Positions 23,203 to 33,304 of a stretch of 33,304 nt of DNA are shown one piece after another. This DNA comes from Isurus oxyrinchus (taxonomy: Eukaryota). The notes under the pieces are model-generated. The model was given only the letters and a program-made list of their open reading frames with translations. It searched no databases and was not told where the DNA came from. Within the stretch, counting starts at the first letter, position 1. Each line of letters starts with the position of its first letter. The position numbers and the translations under genes are program-made. The stretch covers positions 496,001 to 529,304 of the forward strand of contig JANJGN010000163.1 in assembly GCA_026770705.1 (NCBI GenBank), read 5' to 3'.

Positions 23203-24132
23203 ATGGGCTGGACAGTGAATCTCTCTCCACTGTTGCTGCTGCTGCTACCAGGTTACAATGAATATTTGTAAGGGGGAATGGGCTTCCTGTTGCTGAAGCG
23301 ACAATTCATTCAGTTGGATCATTTGTAGAATTGGATATTGTTGAGCTCGGTGTTGCCAGTCATAGTGCGGAAGTTGCATTCTGCCAAAGTAACTGGGAAC
23401 AATAGACGGGCGGGGAATATCTGCTGGACAAAGGGTTGAGGGAAAGGGGATAGGACTACATACAAATGCAAAGCCCCTTGGCAGCCGAGCTGGGGAGGTG
23501 AGCAGCCTCACTGAGCAGGAAGAGTCCGTCTCACTGGAGAGTTAAAGTGTGTGGGGCGCGGCGAACGCGGCAGAGTTAGCGGTGTGGGGTATGGGAAGCT
23601 GCTGGGCAGGAGTATTGCACACAAATCTGCACCCAGGACAAGTATCTCCAGAGAGCGCCGCTACCACTGAGCTGGGGCGACACTGGGCACCCAGACATTA
23701 TGGTTCTGTTTCTGGGTGAAGGGAGCTGAGCGACCGAGAGCTGCGCTGTGAGATTCGACAATAGCTTTCTCCACATCCTGATGGTGCCAGTTCATTTCTG
23801 ATCCGCTCTGTCTCTCACCTCCCTCCTCAGCCTCCTGCAGGAGCGCCCTGGTTTCCCAGTGGCCGAGCCGTCTGTCCGTTAGAGAGGGGGACACGGTGGA
23901 GATGGGCTGTTACCAGAACGATACCAGCGATAGCTCCATGTACTGGTATCGGCAGCACCCCGGAGCAGGGCTGCAGCTCATGGTCACCTCGGTGGATACC
24001 TTAGAGCCCAGGCCTGAAGAGGGGTTCAAGAAGAGGTTTAATGTCACCAGACCCGAGATTAAGTTGTGCAGCCTGAAAATACTGATCGTGGAGCTGACTG
24101 ACACTGCGGTTTATTACTGCGCTGCTGGTGAA
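23203..24132 (+). CDS. TRBV: TCR beta-like V segment A4 (leader 23203-23251, V exon 23831-24132), apparently intact
   Basis: Type-A structure. CDR2 VTSVDTLEPRPEEG, ends YYCAAGE. Confidence 0.9.
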
Positions 24133-24171
24133 CACAGAGACTCAAACTGCTGCCGGGCTGGGTCTAAAACC
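24133..24171 (+). other. 23-RSS of A4
   Basis: CACAGAG + 23 bp + TCTAAAACC. Confidence 0.9.
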
Positions 24172-25231
24172 TTTAAATTAACCCTTTAAAGCGCATCACT
24201 CACCAAACTCCAACTAAAGCACTCTAATGCAACCCAAAGCTGCACTCCTACACTGACCAGTGTCTAGTTTTCCAAAAGAAAACTTACGATCGCATTAAGC
24301 AATCCTTTCCAACACTGCCTGAGTGACAATTCAAAATTGACAGCATCGCTTCAATACTTTTCAACGCAGTAGAAATATCCTGGGGTGAATCGTGGACTCT
24401 TACAGGACAGAGTATTCATTTATTTCTATTGTGCCTCTTTGAATCGGCTCCATATTTCATTTCGCTACTAATTTCCTCAAAGCGCCTCCGATAAATCTTG
24501 TTCCAAGACATTGACAAATATCTCCTCAAAGTTCCCATTCAATCTGCTTCCTGCATCATTTCAGACAATAGAATCCAACTAATAATAGCTTCAATGAGAT
24601 ATAAGTACCATCCTTTTAATCTCCCTGTTGTACGTTTGTGAATCACCTTCAGGGTTGTGTCCTCTGTTCCCCAAATACTATCAAAGTGACCTGCTTCCCC
24701 TTATTTACCCCATCCAAACCGGACATCATTGTGAACAGACACATCAGGTCTATTCTAAGCATTCTCTGGCCAATGATGTCCGGCACCTTTCCTTCACTGC
24801 TGCTGGGACTGGTCTGTGAAGGAAATAACTGGGAACAGTGCTAATGGAGTCCTCCTGAGATGCCGAGTGGAGAAATGATGGGAGCTCCGACAGGTTTAAC
24901 AATCGCCTCAGGTGAGATATCTCTCCCTACGCTTCACATAGGCAATCGGTACGAATCTTTATACACAGCCCCCATCAGATGCAATGTCCTGCACCATGCC
25001 AGACAACGCCATGTACTTATCATTCTGCTATCCACAGACAGGAAAAGGGTTGGCTGTTTGTCTCGGTAAGAAACGGGCCAGTAAACACCTTGTGGGTGTT
25101 GCTGAAATGTTGTCGTCTCCACACCCCCAAACCCGAGAGGAGTGACAGTGGATTTGGAGCTGCAGTGTGTCTGTCTGAGAGCTGGGATGGAGCAGAAGGA
25201 TTGACCCAGGGTGGTTCATGATTCCAGCATC

Positions 25232-26031
25232 ATGCTGCACAGTGCTTTCCTGTACCTCATGTTTCTGCTGCTCCCAGGTTACTTTTCATCCTTTGTAGGC
25301 CAACCCTGGCCGCTCTAAACCTGCTTTTGGGGGGAAAGTTCAATTCTTGGAGCATTAGAAGCTGCAGAAAGGCTTCGGTCAGTGAAGAGATTGAGCAGGT
25401 TCCTTACTGATTGAAGCAGTGAGTGGCTGTGGTCTGGAGAATACATTGCATGAGAGGCTGGGGAAGCAGCTGCAACTTGTGTCCCACACAAGGGACATGG
25501 TAAATTTCCAAATGGGGTAATAGTGCTCGGGCTGACGGTAAAGGGCACGGGAGTGGGGGTTTAATTGGAAATGGCCTCGCCAGAGATGGGCAGGCACGGT
25601 TCCCCAATCCAATTCTATGGATTCTGGTGTTTTAAAATGTACAGAACCGGCCCCATCACCAGAAAGTTGATGTTTGACCCTATGTGTCTGTGATTTGTTT
25701 TTTAATGTAATAAAAGTGTTTCTCTGTAGCTGTCTGCAGGAGCGCTCTCATTAGCCAGTGGCCCAAGAGATTGTCCGTGGGAAAAGGGGAGATGGTGGAG
25801 ATGGGCTGTTACCAGAACGACAGCAGTGACAGCTCCATGTCCTGGTACCGTCAGCACCCCGGAGCAGGGCTGCAGCTCATGGTCACCTCGCTGGGTACCT
25901 CAGAGCCCAGGCCTGAAGAGGGGTTCAAGGAGAGGTTTGAAGTGACAAGACACAACACCAAGTGGTGCAGCCTGAAAATACTGAGCGTGGAGCTGACTGA
26001 CCCTGCGGTTTATTACTGCGCTGCGAGTGAA
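25232..26031 (+). CDS. TRBV: TCR beta-like V segment B5 (leader 25232-25277, V exon 25730-26031), open frame
   Basis: Type-B structure. Ends TDPAVYYCAASE. Confidence 0.88.
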
Positions 26032-26070
26032 CACAGAGACTCAAACAGGTGTAGATCTTGTTCAAAAACA
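26032..26070 (+). other. 23-RSS of B5
   Basis: CACAGAG + 23 bp + TCAAAAACA. Confidence 0.9.
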
Positions 26071-26937
26071 TCCCCACTCTGTTCTACTGGGAGCTAAAAC
26101 CTCTGTAAACTCCAGTAAGTGGTGGTGCTGCAACCACCTGGATATTGGTGAAGATGTATGTGGTTTTTACTGCAACCTTCCCAGTGGATAAAATGTCCCA
26201 ACGCCTTTCAGTCTGACCTGAATGACAAGTCCAAACCTACCTCCCACAGCAAATCCTTTCCATAATGAAGACCAATAAAAACAAAGAGGCTGGAATAAGC
26301 GGCGGATTATACAGGGCAGCCCCCTCCCCCCGGCCTATCGCACCTATTTGAAACTGTTCTGAGGGTTCATCTCATTCCAGCAGTGCCTAATCTGTGCTTT
26401 TCCAATGTTCCCACAGACACTGCGGCTTGTCCCTGCGCTGCTGGTGTTCACAGGGACTCGGACATGAAACCAGGAGCCAGTCCTGATAGGGCTGTGAGCT
26501 GGTCAGCTCCAAATCTCCATGAAGAATCCATCATTAACCGCTCTCTCTCCTTTACCAAATTACCTCACTGTGAAATGGTAAAATCCAGCTGGCCAATCAA
26601 AAATAATGTTAACAAATCAAACCAGAATAATAATCACCTTCCAAATGAGATATAAGCTGGCGCGTTAACACTTCAAATAAGAAGCGCAAGTCCTTTCGGG
26701 GAGGTTTGTGTGAAGCAAATCTTCATACACAGGCTGGAGGGAAACTAGCAAACTCTCTCTCTCTCTCTACACCCACCATTCCCCCACTCCCCAGTCCCCC
26801 CTACCCCCTCCAACCACTCACGCTCCCTCCCAGTGCCCCCACTCACTCCCCCCATTCCCCCACTCACTGCACCTTCCCCCCATGCCCTCCCCCCTCCCCT
26901 TCCCCTTCTCCTTCCCCCCTCCTTCCACTCCCCCCTT

Positions 26938-29186
26938 CCCGCTGACATGGGTGCTGCTGTTGTTGTCTGGCGCACTGACCTCTACCTCACAGAGGCTGAG
27001 CGTCAACTCGCAGACACTTCCTCCTACCTCTCCCTGGACCATGACCCCACCACTGAACATCAAGCCATTGTTTCCAGGACTGTCACTGACCTCATCTCCT
27101 CTGGGGATCTCCCTCCCACAGATTCCAACCTGATAGTCGCCCAACCTCGGACGACTTCTATCTCCTACCCAAAATCCACAAACAGAACTGCCCCGGTAGA
27201 CCGATCGTCTCAGCTTGCTCCTGCCCCACAGAACTCATTTCTCGTTATCTTGACTCCCTTCTCTCTCCCCTTGTCCAGTCCCTCCCCACCTACATCCGTG
27301 ATTCCTCTGACACCTTACGTCACATCAACAATTTCCAGTTCCCTGGCCCCAACCGCTTCCTCTTCACCATGGACGTCCAATCCCTCTACACCTCCATCCC
27401 CCACCAGGATGGTCTGAGGGCCCTTAGCTTCTTCCTCGAACAGAGGCCCGAACAATCCCCATCCACCACTACTGTCCTCCGTCTGGCTGAACTTGTTCTC
27501 ACGCTGAACAATTTCTCCTTCAACTCCTCTCACTTCCTCCAAATAAAAGGTGTGGCTATGGGTACCCGCATGGGCCCCAGCTATGCCTGTCTCTTTATGG
27601 GATATGTGGAACATTCCTTGTTCCAGTCCTACTCCGGCCCCCTTCCACAACTCTTTCTCCGGTACATCGATGATTACTTCGGTGCCGCTTCATGCTCTCG
27701 TCGGGACTTGGAAATATTTATTAATTTTGCTTCCAATCTCCACCCCTCCATCATTTTCACGTGGTCCATCTCTGACACTTCCCTTCTCTTCCTTGACCTC
27801 TCTGTCTCAATCTCTGGTGATAGACTGTCCACCAATATCCATTACAAACCCACCGACTCCCACAGCTACCTAGACTACAGCTCCTCACACCCCGCTTCCT
27901 GTAAGGACTCCATCCCATTCTCCCAGTTCCTTCGCCTCCGTCGCATCTGTTCCGAAGATGCTACCTTCAAAAACGGTTCCTCTGACATGTCCTCCTTCTT
28001 CCTTATCCGAGGTTTTCCACCCACGGTCGTTGAAAGGGCCCTCAACCGTGTCCGGCCCATCTCTCGCACATCCGCCCTCACACCTTCTCCTCCCTCCCAG
28101 AAACATGATAGTGTCCCCCTTGTCCTCACTTATCACCCCACCAGCCTCCACATTCAAAGGATCATCCTCCGCCATTTCCGCCAACTCCAGCATGATGCCA
28201 CCACCAAACACATCTTCACTTTCACTCCCACGGTGGCATTCCGCAGGGATCGTTCCCTCCGGGACACCCTGGTCCACTCCTCCATCACCCCCTACTCCTC
28301 AACCCCCTCCTATGGCACCACCCCATGCCCACACAAAAGATGCAACACCTGCCCCTTCACTTCCTCTCTCCTCACCGTCCAAGGGCCAAACACTCCTTTC
28401 AAGTGAAGCAGCATTTCACTTGCATTTCCCCCAACTTAGTCTACTGCATTCGTTGCTCCCAATGTGGTCTCCTCTACATTGGAGAGACCAAACGTAAACT
28501 GGGCGACCGCTTTGCAGAACACCTGCGGTCTGTCCGCAAGAATGACCCAGACCTCCCTGTCGCTTGCCATTTTAACACTCCACCCTGCTCTCTTGCCCAC
28601 ATGTCTGTCCTTGGCTTGCTGCATTGTTCCAATGAAGCCCAACGCAAACTGGAGGAACAACACCTCATCTTCCGACTAGGCACCTTACAGCCTTCCGGTC
28701 TGAATATTGAGTTCAACAACTTTAGGTCGTGAGCTCCCTCCCCCATCCCCACCCCCTTTCTGTTTCCCCCTTCCTTTTGTTTTTTTTCCAATAAATTATA
28801 TAGATTTGTCTTTTTCCCATGTATTTCCATTATTTTTAAATATTTTTAAATCTTTTATGCTCCCCCACCCCCACTAGAGCTGTACCTTGAGTGCCCTACC
28901 ATCCATTCTTAATTAGCACATTCCTTTAGATAATATCACCAACTTTAATACCTATGTGTTCTTTTGTTCTCTTGTCTGTGACGTCTTTTGTTGATCTGCT
29001 TGAATCGCTGCTTGTTTGTCCCTACAACCACACCACCCCCCTCCACTTCTCTCCCCCCACCCAACCCACACCTCTCCCCCCAACCCCCCACCCCCACCTT
29101 AAACCAGCTTATATTTCACCACTTCCTTGGATTCACCTAGTTCTGTCGGAGGGTCATGAGGACTCGAAACGTCCTCTCTTTTCCTC
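26938..29186 (+). mobile_element. Penelope-like retroelement copy 2 (same 5' truncation as copy 1; inactivated)
   Basis: RT (RYIDD) and GIY-YIG motifs. Frameshifts near 27155 and 28386. Confidence 0.93.
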
Positions 29187-29190
29187 TGGT

Positions 29191-29290
29191 GGCGGGGGGA
29201 GGACTACAATTCCCAGAGGGCAACATGGAGGGGAGGAAGTGAGATCACAGAGAGGAGGTGAGGGTCACAGAGGCGGCCCGCGCAAGCGCA
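29191..29290. promoter_or_regulatory. Housekeeping-type promoter motif cluster (ZNF143 SBS, Ets, NRF1-like, GC-box-like)
   Basis: ACTACAATTCCCAGAGGGC 29203-29221, GGAAGTG 29235-29241, GCGCAAGCGCA 29280-29290. Confidence 0.6.
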
Positions 29291-29317
29291 GCTCAACCGA
29301 CAGGTCCACTAGGAGTC

Positions 29318-29513
29318 AAGGGTCAAAGGACAGGGGGTGCGGGGCTAACTGAGGGTCAACAAGGTGGGGGCAAGGGTGAAAGGACAGGGGGCTAACTGAT
29401 GGTCAACAAGGAGGGGGCAAGGGTCAAAGGACGGGGGGTGCAAACTTAGGGACAACAAGGAGGGGGCAAGGGTCAAAGCACGGTGGGTGCTAACTGAGGG
29501 TCAACAAGGAGGG
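29318..29513. repeat. Degenerate G-rich tandem repeat, about 45-55 bp, about 4 copies
   Basis: aagggtcaaaggac..gctaactgagggtcaacaaggagggggc recurs. Confidence 0.8.
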
Positions 29514-29584
29514 TAGGGGAGAGGCGAGGTGAGGGAGATGGGTTTGTTGAAGGTGGATTTGTCGGGTCAGTTGAACCTGAATCT

Positions 29585-30275
29585 AGAACCAAAGCAAAAA
29601 TAGCTGGAAAACTCTGTGGGTCAGACAGCGTCTGCGGAGAGAGAAACAGTTAACGTCTCGAGTCCGAGTGACCCTTCCTCAGGACTAAGACATATAGAAA
29701 TTAGATGAGATATAAGCTGGTAGACGGGGGTTGGGCAGGAGAGCTCGATAGGGGGGCCAGTGATAGGTGGAGGCCAAGAAGAATCTGCCAAAGACATCAT
29801 AGACAAATGGACAATGGATGGTGACGGTGGTGATATTATCTAAAGGATGTGCTAATGGGGACATTAAGGGTAGCAAGCTAGTGGCTGATGGCCCTAGTGG
29901 GGGAGGGGTGGGGGGAAGGGATCAAAGCAGGCTAAATGGTGGAGATGAAACAATGGATCGAAATTAATTCAAAAATAGGAGGGAAAAGAAAAAAAATACA
30001 GTTATAAAAAATTTCTAAATGATTGGATAAAGGGGACCAGGAAGGGGGTGGGTTTGGAGGAGAGAGTTCATGTTCTGAAATTGTTGAATTCAATATTCAG
30101 TCGGGAAGGCTGTAAGGTGCCTAGTCAGAAGATGAGGTGTTGTTCCTCCAGTTTGCGTTGGGCTTCACTGGAACAATGCAGCAAGCCAAGGACAGACATG
30201 TGGGCAAGAGAGCAGGGTGGAGTGTTAAAATGGCAAGCGACAGGGAGGTCTGGGTTAAGCTTGCGGACAGACCGA
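29585..30275 (-). mobile_element. Inverted 3' fragment of a Penelope-like element
   Basis: Minus strand encodes RSVRKLNPDLPVACHFNTPPCSLAHMSVLGLLHC..LEEQHLIF, followed by a 3' UTR similar to copy 1. Confidence 0.9.
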
Positions 30276-30311
30276 ACCTGAATCTCCCTGATTTGAAGAA
30301 AAATGCTGATA

Positions 30312-30512
30312 GACCTATACAGCACAGAAACAGGCCCTTCAGCCCATCGTGTCCATGCTGGCCATCCAGCCCCTATCTATTCTAATCCCATTTTTCAGCA
30401 CTTGGCCCCCTAGCTCTGTGTGCTACAGTGTTTCAAGTGCCCATGGAAACACCTTATAAATGTTGTGAGGGTTTACGCCTCTGCCACCCCACCTCAGGCA
30501 GTGCCTTCAAAA
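30312..30512 (-). mobile_element. CR1-type LINE 3' fragment
   Basis: Reverse complement gives ..gcactgcctgag..accctcacaacattt..gggccaagtgct..atgggctgaagggcctgtttctgtgctgta, typical of shark CR1 3' tails as I recall them. Confidence 0.7.
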
Positions 30513-30585
30513 GGACTGCCTCCAGCCCTCCGACCACCACAAACCCGCCCGGCCCTGCACCGATCTTGGTCATGTGTCCATTGCG

Positions 30586-30705
30586 AGATTTGGGGATCAA
30601 TCTTCTCTGAATGGACTGGAAACAGTGGAACCTGCTTATTTTACTCAATTAATGGTCCACGCTCAGTACTATTGTGCGCTCGCAGGTGCTCCCAGTAACA
30701 CAGTG
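30586..30705 (+). pseudogene. Possible decayed V 3' half from a different (TCR alpha/delta-like) family
   Basis: In-frame RFGDQSS...TQLMVHAQYYCAL, then a perfect CACAGTG at 30699-30705. No nonamer at 12 or 23 bp. Confidence 0.45.
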
Positions 30706-31730
30706 AGGTGAGACGGAGCTTTTTGGTTGTGGATCCACACACAGTAAAATTCCACAATGACTCATGTCCCCTCCACAAAAATCCACAACAGTTTCCAGCA
30801 CTGATTGTGCTGACCATATTCTACAGTATTACACTAAATGTGATCATTTCACTTGGCTATGGGTCTTAAACAGAAATATTCATTTCCGTCAAATAATGTT
30901 GCAACAACTTTTTGATGCTCCTGTGTAGAAGGCGATATCACAGGTCGGGTGTCTGGATACTGTGTACACTGGATCCGCATTTAACATTATCAACCACAAA
31001 TAAATCCAGAGAGGGGCACACACACACATTTACACAGCTTCAATGGTTATAGTTGCTTACCTTGAACACCAATAACAGCAAGGATCATGTAATATATTTT
31101 CTGAGCGACTTGAATTGGGAGAAGCATATTCTGTGAAGTGCTCTGTCCCTTGGTGCTTAAGGCAATCTCTCTGTATTTAACTGTGAGCTGATACAGTCCC
31201 AGATCCTCTAATTTATACCCTATGGGATCACCTCGGGGATAGAGAGGTTGTGACACTCTTTTCGAATGATCAAGCACATATCGAGAGCGTGTTCGGTCCT
31301 TGTTGTGAAAACTTTGTTTTTGAGATTGAATCCAATAGCTCCAAAGTCTGGAAAATCCTGGTCACGCTAGTTGATCAGTAAAATTAGAAGCTGCTTTCAT
31401 TCCCCAATGGACTGTCCATCAAACAAGATCAGTGCCATCTGTAGGGGGTGGTGGTGTGTGTGTCAGATTCACCTGTGACTTCTGAGTGGTTCGAATCGCT
31501 CCCTCTCCCTGGGTTCTAGACCTTGGACTTATTTGGGGCTTGTGACAAAGTGCAGCAGACACCTGGTTTTGATGCAAGAGAAAAGCTGAGTTTATTCAAG
31601 TCACAAATGAATTTATAACATTAGGATTACACTGAGATTATATAGACTTTCAAAGTACACTTGGTTAAGAATGGGGGACACACGGCAGAATGAGGGAAAA
31701 TCACACTACCAATCCCCTTACCCTTGTCCC

Positions 31731-32340
31731 ACCCTGGTCCACTCCTCCATCACTCTCTACACCTCAACCCCCTCCCACGGCACCTTCCCATGCAACCGCA
31801 GAAGGTGCAACACCTGCCCCTTCACTTCCTCTCTCCTCACCGTCCAAGGGCTCAAACACTCCTTTCAAGTGAAGCAACATTTCACTTGCATTTCCCTCAG
31901 TTTAGTCCTGTGCATTCGCAGCTCCCAATGTGGTCTCCTCTACATTGGAGAGACCAAACGTAAACTGGGCGACCGCTTTGCAGAACACCTGCGGTCTGTC
32001 CGCAAGAATGACCCAGACCTCCCTGTCGCTTGCCATTTTAACACTCCACCCTGCTCTCTTGCCCACATGTCTGTCCTTGGCTTGCTGCATTGTTCCAGTG
32101 GAGCCCAACGCAAACTGGAGGAACAACACCTCATCTTCCGACTAGGCACCTTACAGCCTTCCGGACTGAATATTGAATTCAACAACTGTAAATATAAAAG
32201 TATTCTGAAGGAGAATCATCTGGACTCGAACAATAAACTCTATATTTCTCTTCTGAGATGCTGTCAAACCTATTGATTTTTTTCCAGCAATTTTTGTTTT
32301 TGTTTCAGATTTGCAGCATCTGCAGTATTTTGCTTTTAGC
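31731..32340 (+). mobile_element. Short 3' Penelope-like fragment (GIY-YIG portion and tail)
   Basis: TLVHSSIT..CNRRRCNTCPF..GLLYIGETKRKLGDRFAEH..GLNIEFNN. Confidence 0.9.
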
Positions 32341-33304
32341 TTTCATTGCTGCTAACTTATTATTTGTTTAGATATGTGTCGAGTGGCTGCTGAACAGAGC
32401 CACAGGCATCAGCTGATGAGTTTTAGAACAATGAATTAGAAGAATAGATTAACTATATTACAACTAGCCTTCACCACAGCTATACCTTTGTAATTATATA
32501 CAGATCTGAAAGTATAACAGAAATTTCAAAGGTTTTCTTGTACTATAATGCTCACAATAAGTACACAGTCCATGCAAATGCATGGCGACCTGTGGTCAGA
32601 CAAACCACACTCTGAAACCAAGTGAGGGATTCCAACCCAAACTGAGGATATAGATCCCTCATCTACTGCCCCAAGTCACTCATCAAACCTGGACCCAACG
32701 GATCTCACTGAATTCCATCTTTCACACACGGGTTCCCATCTCCACTCTCGAAGAACTCATTTTCGAACCTTCTGCCAAACAACACTTTCTCTCAGCCTAT
32801 CTGAAGGGTCCATCTCCAGGGTTCTGAGATCTTCTGGGCTGCCACGTGCATTCAAGTTTCCCTCCCTGCATTCTCCCTCACTGTCTCAGCCATGTCTACA
32901 GAGCACCATTGCTTCACACACCCATAGAAAACAGTTACAGACCTTTCACTGTCTCCTTGGATCTTCTGTATTCTTGCAAGCTGAAATTGCTTTAAATCTA
33001 CATCATGCAACGTCTCTCTTTAGGATGGGAGCCTTTCCCTGCTTCTCAGTCTTAAATCCACCCAATAGGGCCGTTTCTAGATGCCTGTTCACTTCCTTTG
33101 ATTAGAAGGTCTTCTTAGGACCACTCTTCTTCTGTTCTTTCAGGAAACCTGCTTCCTGCAGTTTCCTCTTGTCCAACTTCTCCGAGCCGCTGGGTTCAAC
33201 TTGAGTTTGGGACATGCTATCAGTCACCTCCTAGACAACTTCTGATGTCAACTCCTTACAAACTTGGAGCACCCTCACCCAATGTACTCAAACACTTTCG
33301 GTTA

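Noticed and set aside
30670-30705. tattgtg..22 bp..cacagtg as a D segment
   Set aside because: No credible nonamer on either side and no G-rich TRBD core.
31541-33304. Possible LTR-like element interrupted by the Penelope fragment
   Set aside because: Only a TG start and an antisense AATAAA were seen. No second LTR, target-site duplication or coding evidence, so it is left unassigned.

Overview
Vertebrate genomic DNA, most likely a cartilaginous fish (shark-type TCR V sequences and shark-type CR1, Penelope and 33-bp minisatellite repeats). The window holds a tandemly duplicated cluster of T-cell receptor beta-like variable (TRBV) segments, all on the + strand. There are nine segments of two alternating types, A and B. 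Each intact one has a leader exon, a phase-1 intron, a V exon and a 3' 23-bp-spacer RSS. Seven look structurally intact (A1, B1, A2, B2, A3, A4, B5). Two (B3, B4) are truncated pseudogenes without RSS. Several older V/RSS relics are also present. No D, J or C segment was seen. The segments are interspersed with Penelope-like retroelements (RT plus GIY-YIG, decayed hammerhead motifs), a decayed RTE LINE, CR1 fragments, minisatellites and C-rich tracts, several at duplication breakpoints. The most notable observations are exon-restricted sequence exchange between A and B types, a likely Penelope-mediated duplication, a housekeeping-type promoter motif cluster between inverted Penelope ends, and an alpha/delta-like V relic. 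All alignments and counts were done by eye. Family assignments rest on recalled motifs, not database searches.
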